Positions 1-9,238 of a DNA stretch of 64,000 nt are shown here, piece by piece. Under the pieces are notes generated by a model. That model was not told the origin of the DNA. It made no database searches and worked only from the letters and a program-made list of their open reading frames with translations. The DNA is from Clostridia bacterium. Its GTDB lineage: Bacteria; Bacillota; Clostridia; TANB77; CAG-508. The translations under genes were made by a program, and so were the position numbers. The stretch lies in the NCBI GenBank assembly GCA_022797215.1, contig JAAWKD010000004.1, positions 5,191 through 69,190 on the forward strand, written 5' to 3'. Position 1 is the first letter of the stretch; every line of letters starts with the position of its first letter.

Positions 1-477
1 TTGTTCACGAAGTGCTTTAGCCATTCGCATATAGACTTGAGAAGTTCCAACAATATGTTTACGTTGTTTACGTTGTTGAGAAACCTCAACCATAACCTCA
101 ATTGGCACATTTTTACTTTCTAATGAATTAAACTCTAGATGAATCTCATCTATAAAATAAATGACCCCAAACTCTCCATTCTCATACTTAGTAAGACTTT
201 CTATCCCTTCGTACTGTACAACAGCCGTATGAGCTGGAAGACCATTTATTCTTGTGTTAGTAACCAAAATAGCACGTGGATACTCTATACAAAGTTTTTT
301 AATATATTGAACAGCTGAAAGCGTTTTCCCTGAGCCTTGACTTCCACAGAAAACAAGCAGACCCTCTGGATCAAAAAAATCTGGGTGCTCTTTAGTAAAT
401 TTATTTCTATACTTTAAAGTTTCAAATACACACTTAGGATTAAGACTACCTTCCAGCATTGACAAATCGAAACTCAT
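1..477 (-). CDS. P-loop NTPase, Zot/pI-like (alternatively FtsK-like) assembly/translocation ATPase; 3' end outside window
   Basis: My translation from ATG at 477 reads MSFDLSMLEGS... It has Walker A GSQGSGKT and Walker B IYFIDEIH, then SQQRKQRKHIVGTSQ, which resembles the RK-x-G-x-x-I..TQ segment of Zot/pI and FtsK ATPases. Confidence 0.5.
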   Translation of the reverse strand, partial: MSFDLSMLEGSLNPKCVFETLKYRNKFTKEHPDFFDPEGLLVFCGSQGSGKTLSAVQYIKKLCIEYPRAILVTNTRINGLPAHTAVVQYEGIESLTKYENGEFGVIYFIDEIHLEFNSLESKNVPIEVMVEVSQQRKQRKHIVGTSQVYMRMAKALREQ

Positions 478-634
478 TCGTTACAACACCACCTTCAACA
501 ATAAAATAACTAGCAAGAAAATTACGATAATTCTTAGCAAGCTTTTGGAAGTGAAGTTCAAAAACTGACTTCCTCTTCTCATCAAAACAGCTAATTTTCT
601 CATATTTGATTTTAGAATAATTAATATTTTCCAC
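446..634 (-). CDS. Hypothetical small protein (62 aa) in phage-like module
   Basis: ORF overlaps neighbouring ORFs in an operon-like way; no recognisable motif. Confidence 0.3.
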   Translation of the reverse strand: MENINYSKIKYEKISCFDEKRKSVFELHFQKLAKNYRNFLASYFIVEGGVVTNEFRFVNAGR

Positions 635-887
635 ATTGTCTACCTCTTTTCTTCTTATATTTTAAACGAATCTTCAAAATCTTAATAACTCTTTTGATAT
701 CTTCACAAGACATAAATTCAAACAAAAATCGACTAGATAAAAGCTCGAATAAAATATCTTTCTGATATGGTCCTAAATCCCCCAAGATAAATTCACCTCT
801 TATAAAAAAAATAATGCGAGAAGATAAAATCCCCCCGCAACACCCTGACAAGAAAACTATAAAATTTTTATCTTTTGTATTTTTCAA
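621..887 (-). CDS. Hypothetical small protein (88 aa), hydrophobic N-terminal half, basic tail
   Basis: ORF immediately downstream of the coat-like gene; no recognisable motif. Confidence 0.3.
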   Translation of the reverse strand: MKNTKDKNFIVFLSGCCGGILSSRIIFFIRGEFILGDLGPYQKDILFELLSSRFLFEFMSCEDIKRVIKILKIRLKYKKKRGRQCGKY

Positions 888-888
888 A

Positions 889-1089
889 CTACGCAGAGAT
901 TTTACCTTTCATGACTGCTTTCTTAAAGATAGAAATACCTTTTCTAACTCCAAACCACATTAGAACAAATCCCATACCTACCCCAATTACAGAAGCTAAA
1001 ACAGCAACTAATTGAACAGGAGTAATAGCATTAGTTAGTGCGTCAGTCACTGGCTTAATTGTTTCAACAATACTTACAGCATTTTCCAT
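889..1089 (-). CDS. Inovirus major-coat-protein-like small membrane protein (66 aa)
   Basis: Acidic/amphipathic N-terminus (MENAVSIVETIKPVTDALTNA). One hydrophobic helix (VQLVAVLASVIGVGMGFVLMWF). Basic C-terminus (RKGISIFKKAVMKGK). This is the architecture of g8p-type coat proteins. Confidence 0.45.
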   Translation of the reverse strand: MENAVSIVETIKPVTDALTNAITPVQLVAVLASVIGVGMGFVLMWFGVRKGISIFKKAVMKGKISA

Positions 1090-1141
1090 TAGTTTTTCCC
1101 TCCTCTTTTTCTTTTGTATTTATATTATTTAAAATAATATA

Positions 1142-1444
1142 CTAATTTTTCTTTGGTACTGGTGCAAAATCTACAACAGCAATTTTACAAGAGTTATTTA
1201 CTAAAACAACGTCAAAAATAAGATTAATTCTATCGTATGCTTTCAAAGCTTTAAATCTAGTAAATAAACTTGTGTTATCTCCAGAAAACTTAACTTTTCT
1301 TTCTTGATAATCTCCGTCTACTTCTTCGTCAAAACGAACGATATAAGCTTTGTCATACTTCACATCCTGTCCTTTATCGTTTCTAAAAACCCCTCCAGCT
1401 CTTTCTTCAATTCCTTTGAATACTACTTCATTATTACATTTCAT
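1142..1444 (-). CDS. Hypothetical 100 aa protein; size and position fit a phage ssDNA-binding (gVp-like) protein
   Basis: Beta-rich soluble 100 aa ORF directly upstream of the coat-like gene. Assignment is positional only. Confidence 0.3.
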   Translation of the reverse strand: MKCNNEVVFKGIEERAGGVFRNDKGQDVKYDKAYIVRFDEEVDGDYQERKVKFSGDNTSLFTRFKALKAYDRINLIFDVVLVNNSCKIAVVDFAPVPKKN

Positions 1445-1445
1445 T

Positions 1446-1658
1446 CTATTTTCCCTCTCTTTCTATTTTCATATTTTCAATAAATTTCACATGAGTTATA
1501 AATAATACTCTATTACACTTTTTTAACTCACGATTAGCAATATTTTTAATCCTATTTGAATATAAATTACTTTCAATAATCTCAGACAGTTCAGTAATTC
1601 GACTATTGACTAAATTTTCAATATAACCTAAATCCAATAAACTAAAATCTTCTCTCAC
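1446..1658 (-). CDS. Hypothetical phage-module protein (70 aa)
   Basis: ORF abutting neighbours, helical heptad-like sequence. Confidence 0.35.
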   Translation of the reverse strand: MREDFSLLDLGYIENLVNSRITELSEIIESNLYSNRIKNIANRELKKCNRVLFITHVKFIENMKIEREGK

Positions 1659-1670
1659 AATTTCTCCTAA

Positions 1671-1892
1671 CTACAATAAATTCTGTACTTTTAAAATCAA
1701 CAAATCAACTTTATCTAATTCTTTATTACAATCAATTAAACAATTATTTAAAATTTCAAAATTAAGTGAACTTTTTCCTTTTATAATCTCACTAAAAAAT
1801 TGTATCTTGGTAATAATATTTTGTTTAAATATATTTAAGCAATATAACAAATCTGCTTTTTCTTCAGCACTTAAAATATCTATACTATACAC
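1671..1892 (-). CDS. Hypothetical phage-module protein (73 aa, GTG start)
   Basis: ORF in track; its start overlaps the stop of the upstream small ORF. Confidence 0.35.
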   Translation of the reverse strand: MYSIDILSAEEKADLLYCLNIFKQNIITKIQFFSEIIKGKSSLNFEILNNCLIDCNKELDKVDLLILKVQNLL

Positions 1893-2061
1893 CCCCTGAC
1901 CTATTCTGTAATGGTTTTACATATTTATCGTAATATGCTTTAGTTCTATAAAACTTACAATTATGACAATCAAGACCTATCAATGCAGAACATTTACAAT
2001 AACCATTTTTTTCAACATAAGCAAAACAGCTCGTTTTGTATTCCTTTTCTTTTTTATTCAT
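1888..2061 (-). CDS. Cys-rich small protein (57 aa), possible zinc-binding regulator
   Basis: My translation: MNKKEKEYKTSCFAYVEKNGYCKCSALIGLDCHNCKFYRTKAYYDKYVKPLQNRSGGV. AGGGGG RBS 5 nt upstream. Too short for the ORF track. Confidence 0.35.
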
Positions 2062-2135
2062 ATGTACCCCCTGACTAGCAATCCACCACCAGGAAAGACA
2101 CGTCAGGTCATGTCCTTCCAGATAGCAAATTTCGC

Positions 2136-2183
2136 GTAACCTTATGGTTACGTCGTATTTACATTATAGAACCGTTTGGTTAC
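2136..2183. promoter_or_regulatory. Two operator-like palindromes in the divergent control region of the phage-like module
   Basis: GTAACC-TTAT-GGTTAC (2136-2151, perfect) and GAACC-GTTT-GGTTAC (2169-2183). They lie between the minus-strand module and the XRE gene start at 2217. Confidence 0.45.
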
Positions 2184-2216
2184 AATGTCAATAGGAAAAG
2201 GAGAAATTTTTTAAAA

Positions 2217-2438
2217 ATGTATTTAAAAAGATTAAAAGAATTAAGAGAAATCAACAATGAAAAGCAAATCAGCATTGCAAATTTACTAAATATGAAACGT
2301 GAACAATACTCAAGATACGAAACTGGGAAAAGAGATATCCCACTAGACTGCTTAATTCAGCTAGCAGACTTCTACAACACTAGCACAGATTACTTATTAG
2401 AAAGAACCGATAAAAAAGAATTTACAAAGGAGAAATAA
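2217..2438 (+). CDS. XRE-family helix-turn-helix transcriptional regulator (73 aa)
   Basis: LKELREINNEKQISIANLLNMKREQYSRYETGKRDIPLDCLIQLADFYNTSTDYLL is a typical Cro/C1 HTH. Confidence 0.85.
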   Translation: MYLKRLKELREINNEKQISIANLLNMKREQYSRYETGKRDIPLDCLIQLADFYNTSTDYLLERTDKKEFTKEK

Positions 2439-2441
2439 AAA

Positions 2442-2960
2442 ATGCAATTTTTAATCATAGGAATAATACTAATCATTATCATAAACTTAACAGACAAACT
2501 TATATTAAATAAAAACAATAAAAGTGAACCCCAGAATACAAAAATTCCGGAAACGAACTTATTAAAATACACAACAAAAAGATATATAATGACACAAACA
2601 GAACTAATATTTTATAGAGAACTAAAAAAAGTAACAGACGAATTACAACTAACAATATTTCCACAAGTTGACCTAGAGAGAATCATACAAGTATCTGACA
2701 ATAACTCTGCTGATAGAAACAAAATAAAATCAAGAAGTATAGACTTCACAATTGTAAATAATAAAAATTGCAAAATAATTTCTTGTATAGAACTAGATGA
2801 CTATACACATAATACAGAAAAAGCAAAACAAGCTGATAATTTTAAAGACAGCTTATTCCAAAAAGTAAAAATTCCACTACATAGAATAAAAGTAAACAAC
2901 AATTATAATTTAGAAGAACTAAAAATAAAATTACAAAGAGAAATTAATGAAAATATATAA
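2442..2960 (+). CDS. DUF2726-like (endonuclease-fold) protein with N-terminal TM helix
   Basis: C-terminal part ...QTELIFYRELKKV...QVDLERII...RSIDFTIVNNKNCKIISCIELDDYTHN...D..K matches my recollection of the DUF2726 signature (IDF.I.. ..IELDD.SH). Confidence 0.55.
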   Translation: MQFLIIGIILIIIINLTDKLILNKNNKSEPQNTKIPETNLLKYTTKRYIMTQTELIFYRELKKVTDELQLTIFPQVDLERIIQVSDNNSADRNKIKSRSIDFTIVNNKNCKIISCIELDDYTHNTEKAKQADNFKDSLFQKVKIPLHRIKVNNNYNLEELKIKLQREINENI

Positions 2961-3130
2961 ATACTACAAATATTATGTACAGTAAAATTATAAAAGCAAT
3001 TTTAAGCTACATATTCGACACATTAAAAGCAAAAAATTAAGAAATAAACATAAAAAACAAATAAAATCAACAGTTATATACATAAAGTTGTCATTTATAA
3101 GAAACTTTTTCAAGACAAAAAAAATAAAAG

Positions 3131-3268
3131 TTGACACAATCTTAACAACTTTTTACAATAATTGTATATTTCTTTCAAAAGCGCTCAACTTACATTTTGC
3201 GCAATAAGGTGTATATAGAATATAAGGTTTTGAGCCTATTTCTAGGCTCTTCCCCTTTATTGTTTTTG
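3131..3268 (+). ncRNA. Orphan promoter-to-terminator unit, candidate small RNA of about 100 nt
   Basis: TTGACA (3131-3136), 17 nt spacer, TACAAT (3154-3159). Hairpin GAGCCTATTTCTAGGCTC (3232-3249) is followed by a T-rich run. No convincing ORF in between. Confidence 0.25.
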
Positions 3269-3289
3269 CTTGTATAACCCTATTAAAAA

Positions 3290-4657
3290 TTATTTCATAT
3301 TTTTTAAAAATAAAGCCATTTTTTCTAAAAATTCTTGATTGGTTTTAGTATTCATAATTTCTGTAATCAATTCTTCTGTTATATCTGCTACTGACATCGT
3401 TGACATTGCTTTTCTTAAAGCAAATACAGTTTCTAATTCTTTTTGCTCTAATAATAATTCTTCACGTCTAGTTCCAGATTTGTTAATATCAATTGCAGGG
3501 AAAATTCTCTTTTCTGATAGTTTTCTGTCTAAATGTACTTCCATGTTGCCTGTTCCTTTAAATTCTTCAAAAATAACATCATCCATTCTACTACCTGTTT
3601 CAATTAATGCTGTAGCTAAAATAGTTAGGCTTCCCCCATTTTCTATATTTCTTGCTGCTCCAAAGAACTTTTTAGGTTTATGTAAGGCACTAGGATCTAA
3701 ACCACCTGATAATGTTCTACCAGAAGATGGAATAACTAAGTTATATGCCCTTGCCAAACGAGTAATACTATCTAATAAGATAACAACATCTTTCTTTTGC
3801 TCTGTCAATCTTTTGGCTCTTTCTAATACCATTTCTGCCACTTTAACATGATGCTCAGGTAATTCATCAAAAGTAGAATAAATAACATCTCCTTTAATAC
3901 TTCTCCTCATGTCTGTAACTTCTTCTGGGCGTTCATCAATTAATAAAACAATTAATTCTATCTCTGGATTATTAGTTGTAATACTATTAGCTATCTTCTT
4001 TAGAAGTGTTGTTTTACCAACTTTTGGTGGTGCTACAATCATACCTCTTTGCCCTTTTCCAATTGGTGACATTAAGTCAATTATTCTCATAGCATATTCT
4101 GTTGGCAATGTTTCTAAACGAATTCTCTCATTGGGATAAATCGGAATAAGATCATCAAATTTTGTCCTTCTGTAAGCTTTTTCAGGAGCTTCACCATTTA
4201 CTTCTCCTACATAAATAAGTGCTGGAAATTTCTCGCCTTCTTTTGGAAGTCTTGAAATACCTTTTATTTTATCTCCCTTGTCCAACCTAAATCTCCTAAT
4301 TTGAACAGGTGAAACATAAACATCTTTTGGTGTAGATAAATAGTTTTCTCCCCTCAAAAAGCCATATCCATCTGGTAATACTTCTAAAATACCTTCTACA
4401 ATTTGGTCATCAGCATTAGTTACCTTGTATCCACCCTCAGTATCATTATTAGATGTTTCTTCTTTTATATTTTCTATATAATTATCTTCCTCTATGTTTT
4501 GTAGCTCTAAATTTTCTATAGGCTTTCTTTCATCTTTACCTTCGATATTAGATAGCTCTTGGATTAATTCCTCTTTCTTCATTTTTGAAGTGTTCTTTAT
4601 TCCTCTTTCTTTTGCAATTTGACGTAATTCTACTAATGTACAATTTTCAAACTCCAT
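3290..4657 (-). CDS. rho: Transcription termination factor Rho
   Basis: 455 aa. N-terminal SAP-like [17 protein letters not shown]-binding [14 protein letters not shown], Walker [12 protein letters not shown]-terminal [19 protein letters not shown]. Confidence 0.96.
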   Translation of the reverse strand: MEFENCTLVELRQIAKERGIKNTSKMKKEELIQELSNIEGKDERKPIENLELQNIEEDNYIENIKEETSNNDTEGGYKVTNADDQIVEGILEVLPDGYGFLRGENYLSTPKDVYVSPVQIRRFRLDKGDKIKGISRLPKEGEKFPALIYVGEVNGEAPEKAYRRTKFDDLIPIYPNERIRLETLPTEYAMRIIDLMSPIGKGQRGMIVAPPKVGKTTLLKKIANSITTNNPEIELIVLLIDERPEEVTDMRRSIKGDVIYSTFDELPEHHVKVAEMVLERAKRLTEQKKDVVILLDSITRLARAYNLVIPSSGRTLSGGLDPSALHKPKKFFGAARNIENGGSLTILATALIETGSRMDDVIFEEFKGTGNMEVHLDRKLSEKRIFPAIDINKSGTRREELLLEQKELETVFALRKAMSTMSVADITEELITEIMNTKTNQEFLEKMALFLKNMK

Positions 4658-4799
4658 ATTTGCCCCCTATTTTAAGTAATACATAATGTAATACTAAATT
4701 CATTTTTATATAAAATATATTTCATAACTTATACTTTTACTTGGAAAAAATAGATATAAATAAATGATTTAAATATAACTAAAGATAAACTAATATATA

Positions 4800-4828
4800 C
4801 TAGACAAAGAGGCAAATAAAATGCCTCC
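4800..4828 (-). terminator. Rho-independent terminator after divIC-like gene
   Basis: GAGGCA/TGCCTC stem (4809-4814, 4822-4827), followed on the minus strand by a T-rich tract. Confidence 0.5.
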
Positions 4829-4833
4829 TTAGT

Positions 4834-5115
4834 TTATTTACTAATATCGATATATACTCTTTCATTTGGTAAATACATATCCAACTTTTCTCTTGCTACT
4901 TCTTCAATATATTCCTTAGAATTAATATTCTCTTTAGTCGCTTTCAATTCCTCTTGTTCTTCTTTAGCCTCTGCAATTTGTTGACTATAGCGTTTTTGAT
5001 CTGCTTGATATGCATTCAACATTTTTTGTTGTGCAAAAAAAGTATAAACAACATATATAATAATTCCTATAAACAAAACTTTCTTTAATAAACTTTTATT
5101 TTTAGTATTTTTCAT
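4834..5115 (-). CDS. divIC: Septum formation initiator family protein (FtsB/DivIC-like)
   Basis: 93 aa. N-terminal TM, coiled coil, C-terminal EEVAREKLDMYLPNERVY motif. Sits downstream of yabP-yabQ as in Bacilli/Clostridia. Confidence 0.75.
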   Translation of the reverse strand: MKNTKNKSLLKKVLFIGIIIYVVYTFFAQQKMLNAYQADQKRYSQQIAEAKEEQEELKATKENINSKEYIEEVAREKLDMYLPNERVYIDISK

Positions 5116-5172
5116 CTGTGCTTCCCTTAATCAAATTTCTGATATGATTATAGCATACCCTATTTATTTTTT

Positions 5173-5688
5173 CTACATTTTTTGTAAAATTCCTTCTTTT
5201 TCTTTCAATTTTTTCTCCATTTTTCTAGGCTTTCTATCATTTTTTGTAAAATTATGTATTTTTTTGTTTGCATTTTTAACTATTCTCTTTCCTTTTTTAG
5301 TAATAAACAAAATTGGATTCATAATTATCATTCTTATAATTTTTTCTATTAAATGAATAGGATACGAAAGAACTTTCTTGAAGATTCCAATAATTGTTAC
5401 AGAAGACTTTACAAAAAATCTGCTAATTGCTAGTATATAAACTATAATTCCTATTAGGATTCCAATAAATACATAACTCCTAATTTCCCCATTATTAAAG
5501 GTAAAAATAGAAAATAGCATAAGACTACCTGCTAATATCCAAAACAAGATATCTTGTATATATGTAATCCAATCTGATGTATGAAAACTTTTTCTTAATA
5601 TTCTAAATATATCAAATAATACACCTATTAAAGCTCCTGTTATAATAAATATGAATAAGCAAAATAGTTGGCTATAAACTTCTTGCAC
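5173..5688 (-). CDS. yabQ: Spore cortex biosynthesis protein YabQ
   Basis: FDIFRILRK...DILFWILAGSLMLFSIFTFNNGEIRSYVFIG is a YabQ-type signature. I prefer the GTG at 5688, preceded by AAAGGAGGG, over the ATG at 5712. Confidence 0.7.
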   Translation of the reverse strand: MQEVYSQLFCLFIFIITGALIGVLFDIFRILRKSFHTSDWITYIQDILFWILAGSLMLFSIFTFNNGEIRSYVFIGILIGIIVYILAISRFFVKSSVTIIGIFKKVLSYPIHLIEKIIRMIIMNPILFITKKGKRIVKNANKKIHNFTKNDRKPRKMEKKLKEKEGILQKM

Positions 5689-5723
5689 CTCTTTTCCCTC
5701 CTTTTGCTGCATTAACTCTATTA

Positions 5724-6026
5724 CTACTTGAATATTTTGTTTAAGAAGCTACCACCTTTTTCCATATTTTCCTTTTCGCTATATGCTAGTTGATATATTT
5801 CGCCATCAACTGTAACCTCAGAAGTATCTAAGCTTAATTTATTAATTCTTAAGTTTTCTCCTTTTACTGTAAGTAATCCTAATTCTGTTTCTAAAATAAC
5901 AATTTGGTCATCAAAACTCAAAACATCTAAAACTCCTGAAATATTTAGTTTTTCCCTATTTTCTAAAACGATATTTTGAATTATATTTGTCATACTTGAC
6001 ATTGTTTTTCTCTCATCTATTGGCAT
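5724..6026 (-). CDS. yabP: Sporulation protein YabP
   Basis: LENREKLNISGVLDVLSFDD...LTVKGENLRINKLSLDT..VTVDGEIYQLAYSE. The ATG at 6026 has an AGGGGTGG RBS; the ORF track extends to 6119. Confidence 0.7.
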   Translation of the reverse strand: MPIDERKTMSSMTNIIQNIVLENREKLNISGVLDVLSFDDQIVILETELGLLTVKGENLRINKLSLDTSEVTVDGEIYQLAYSEKENMEKGGSFLNKIFK

Positions 6027-6134
6027 TTGTACCACCCCTTTAAAAATAAGTCTAATCTTATTATATTCAGGTCTTGTCTTATTTAGAACTATTTTCTTTA
6101 CTTTTTGTCTATCAGACATACTACTATCTAAATC

Positions 6135-6863
6135 TTATTCTTGCACAATACTACCTTTATTATCATTAAAAGTAGATTGAACAATAATTTTAATGCCATA
6201 TTTTTTAGCTATTCTCACACATCTATCATGCAATACTTTGGCACCACTTTGTGCCAAACTATCCATATCTTCATATGAAATGATATCTAATTTTTTAGCA
6301 TCAGAGTATTTATTAGGATCTTTATCATAAATACCATCTGTATCAGTAAAAATATAGCATTCTTTTTGATCTAGTGCAGCAGCTATTGCAAGTGCACTGG
6401 TATCTGATCCGTTTCTTCCCAAAGTAGTAATGTTTCTTTGTACATCCATTCCCTGAAATCCTGCAATTACAACCACATCTTTTTCTTCTAATTCTTGCCA
6501 TATTCTAGTCGGACGAATTTCTTGTATTTTTGCTTGTGTATAGTCTTCATTTGTTATAATTCCTGCTTGTTCTCCTGTTAATGAAATAGCCTTATATCCC
6601 ATTTCATTTAAAAGAATAGCAAACTTACTAATAGATATTTGCTCTCCTACAGATAATAGCATATCTAATTCTCTTTTATTTGGATTTTTGCTTAATTGTT
6701 TAGCTTCTGTTAGTAAAGTATCTGTTGTTTTTCCTTGTGCAGATAAGATAACTACTGCCTTTTGTTTTTCTTTTAAAAACTGAATTGTCTTTTGTGCTGC
6801 CTTTCTTAAATTTTCATCATTAGCAAGTGAACTTCCCCCAAATTTAACAACTTTAATATTCAT
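6135..6863 (-). CDS. Amino-acid kinase family protein, aspartokinase-like catalytic domain without ACT domains (242 aa)
   Basis: N-terminal VVKFGGSSLA and internal GRNGSDTSA motifs typical of aspartokinases. The protein ends before any regulatory ACT domain. Confidence 0.6.
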   Translation of the reverse strand: MNIKVVKFGGSSLANDENLRKAAQKTIQFLKEKQKAVVILSAQGKTTDTLLTEAKQLSKNPNKRELDMLLSVGEQISISKFAILLNEMGYKAISLTGEQAGIITNEDYTQAKIQEIRPTRIWQELEEKDVVVIAGFQGMDVQRNITTLGRNGSDTSALAIAAALDQKECYIFTDTDGIYDKDPNKYSDAKKLDIISYEDMDSLAQSGAKVLHDRCVRIAKKYGIKIIVQSTFNDNKGSIVQE

Positions 6864-6973
6864 AAGATCATGTCCTTATATAAAAAATATACAAGCCAAT
6901 TTGATTTCAAATTTGACTTGTATATCATATGTGATATAATGTAAAGTAGTTAATTTAATTTTTAGGAGTTTTT

Positions 6974-7903
6974 ATGAAAAAAATAATTGTTACTTCTTAT
7001 ATAAATCCTGACTTAGATGGTATAGCTGCCTCTTATGCCTATGCAGAATATCTTGAAAAAACTGGTCAATTGGCTAGTTATTGTTTTGAAGGTCAACCTA
7101 AAAAGGAGGTTTCTATTGTTTGTAATTTATTTGATATTTCTTTAACCTCTTGTAATATTGGAAAAGAAGATTATATTACTATTGTGGACACTAATACAAT
7201 TAAAGACTTTCCCTCTTTTGTTGATATTAATAATGTTGTAGAAATTATCGACCACCATGTTCCAAGTCAAGATACACCTAAATTTTTAAATGCCAAAGTT
7301 CAAATAGAATTAATAGCAGCTGTGGCAACTTTAATCGCAGAAAGATTTTATGAAAATAACATTCCTATTTCTAGAAATTCTGCTATTTTATTATACTATG
7401 CTATTATTTCTAATTCGATTAATCTACATTCTCAAAATACCTCTTCAAAGGACATTGAAATGCTTAAATGGCTGTCTTCTCAGTGCAGTGAAATAAATGA
7501 AAGATATATAAAAAAAATCTTTGAAGAAAAATCTGAAATTGATGAAAGTCATTTAAGGGAAGAAATGGAAGCAGATTATATATTAGAAATAGGCAACAAA
7601 AAACTTATTATCGCTCAATTAGAAATTGTAGATGCCATGAATTTCTTAAGTACTAGCAAAATAGCTATTGAAAATATACTAAATAGCATATTAGAAGAAA
7701 AACAGTTAGATTACATCTTCCTAAATTGTATTGATATATTAAATGGCTACTCTATTCTATATACACCTTTTCTAGCAACTGAAAATTACATCAAAAACTA
7801 TTTTGAAGGAGAATTTGATAACGGTCAACTTATTTTAACTCCCCTTTACATGAGAAAAGAAATTATAAAATTATTAAAAGAAAAGAATTCTTTAAGTTTT
7901 TGA
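6974..7903 (+). CDS. DHH/DHHA2-family phosphoesterase (family II pyrophosphatase-like)
   Basis: NPDLDGIAASYAYAEYL near the N-terminus and EIIDHHV motif; 309 aa. Confidence 0.6.
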   Translation: MKKIIVTSYINPDLDGIAASYAYAEYLEKTGQLASYCFEGQPKKEVSIVCNLFDISLTSCNIGKEDYITIVDTNTIKDFPSFVDINNVVEIIDHHVPSQDTPKFLNAKVQIELIAAVATLIAERFYENNIPISRNSAILLYYAIISNSINLHSQNTSSKDIEMLKWLSSQCSEINERYIKKIFEEKSEIDESHLREEMEADYILEIGNKKLIIAQLEIVDAMNFLSTSKIAIENILNSILEEKQLDYIFLNCIDILNGYSILYTPFLATENYIKNYFEGEFDNGQLILTPLYMRKEIIKLLKEKNSLSF

Positions 7904-7963
7904 TATAAAAAATACTCAATATATTAGGTTAAATTTCCTTTATATTGAGTATTTTTCTTATCG

Positions 7964-9071
7964 CTATTTTTCCACATTATTTTTCAAATAGCTATCAATA
8001 AATCCATCCAACTCACCATCCATAACTGCTTGCACATTTCCTACTTCATAGTTAGTCCTATGGTCTTTTACTAAAGTGTAAGGGCAAAATACATAAGAAC
8101 GAATTTGACTGCCCCATGCAATATCCATTTGAATTCCTTTTAATTCTTCGATTGTATCCTTTTGTTCTTTTTCCTTTAAGTTTAATAACTTAGACTTTAA
8201 CATTTTAAGTGCTGTATCTTTATTCTGGAATTGAGAACGCTCTGTTTGACAAGCTACAACAATTCCTGTTGGAATGTGTGTTAATCTTACTGCAGATGAA
8301 GTCTTATTAATATGTTGTCCTCCTGCTCCTGAAGCCCTATACACATCCATTTTAATATCATCTGGATTAATATCTAATTCAATATCATCTGTAATTTCGG
8401 GTAACACTTCTATAGAAGCAAAAGAAGTATGTCTTCTTCCTCCACTGTCAAAAGGGGAAATTCTAACCAAACGATGTACTCCCATTTCTCCTTTTAAATA
8501 GCCATAAGCATAATCTCCATTAACGGAAAATGTAACACTTTTAAGACCTGCCTCTTCACCTTCTAAATAGTCTAACTCTTTCAATTCATATCCATGTGCA
8601 TTTGACCATCTACTGTACATTCGATATAGCATTTCGGCCCAATCTTGAGCCTCTGTTCCCCCTGCTCCTGGATGAATAGTAATAATAGCGTTATTGTTAT
8701 CGTATTTTCCTGATAATAAGGTAGTAATTTCTAGTTTTTCAATCTCTTTTTCACTACTAGAAGTAGATCTAATAACCTCTTTAGCCATTTCTTCATCTGG
8801 CTCTATTTCTAATAATTCATTCATTTCCAAAATATTGTTTAATTCTATTTGAAGTTTTTTGAACCCATCTATTTTAGATTTTATCCCATTAATTTTTTTT
8901 AATACTTTTGAACTATTTTCAGTATCATTCCAAAAGTTGTTATTCATAGTTTGCTCTTCTAAAAGTTTTAATTCTTTCTCTTGATTTACTACATCAAAGT
9001 GAATCACCTATCTTTAGCAATCTATCTTTTAAATCTTGCAGTTTTCTAGTATTTTCTTCAAGTTCTATCAT
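7964..9071 (-). CDS. prfB: Peptide chain release factor 2, with programmed +1 frameshift (frame 0: 9071-8997; +1 frame: 8995-7964)
   Basis: ATG at 9071 gives 25 codons, MIELEENTRKLQDLKDRLLKIGDSL, ending CTT TGA T (8999-8993). An SD-like AGGTGAT lies 3 nt upstream. The +1 frame continues DVVNQEKE... and contains SPF and GGQHINK(T) motifs. Confidence 0.95.
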
Positions 9072-9155
9072 TACTATTTTCACCCCTTTTTTATACTAAA
9101 ATAGTCTATTTTTTCCTATCATATCACTAAAATCTACAACAATCAAGTTACTTTT

Positions 9156-9184
9156 TTGACATTTTATGTTAAGTATGCTATAAT
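9156..9184 (+). promoter_or_regulatory. Consensus sigma-A-type promoter of the 9239 ORF
   Basis: TTGACA (9156-9161), 17 nt spacer ending TGC, TATAAT (9179-9184). Confidence 0.6.
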
Positions 9185-9238
9185 AGTATTAATCTTAAGC
9201 GTAGAAATGCGTTTTATATTACTAGGGAGGCTTACACC

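Larger units (their letters stand above)
1..2960. mobile_element. Putative filamentous-phage-like (inovirus-type) prophage segment; left part lies outside the window, right boundary uncertain
   Basis: Tightly packed very small minus-strand ORFs (57-100 aa) lead to a coat-protein-like 66 aa membrane protein and a Zot/pI-like P-loop ATPase. They are divergent from an XRE repressor gene. No Rep gene seen and no search possible. Confidence 0.4.

Noticed and set aside
3339-4139. ORFs of 170 and 76 aa on the plus strand inside rho. Similar antisense ORFs occur inside secA, uvrA, prfB, fba, the ABC and MFS genes, and others.
   Set aside because: They are antisense to strongly conserved genes, have low-complexity Ser/Leu/Ile/Phe-rich translations and lack an RBS. 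This is typical of spurious ORFs in AT-rich DNA.
6135-6863. Aspartokinase-like gene as a truncated pseudogene, because it has no ACT domains.
   Set aside because: The ORF is clean, has a normal stop and is closely followed by yabP. No ACT-like sequence is visible in other frames downstream. It may be a genuine short kinase.
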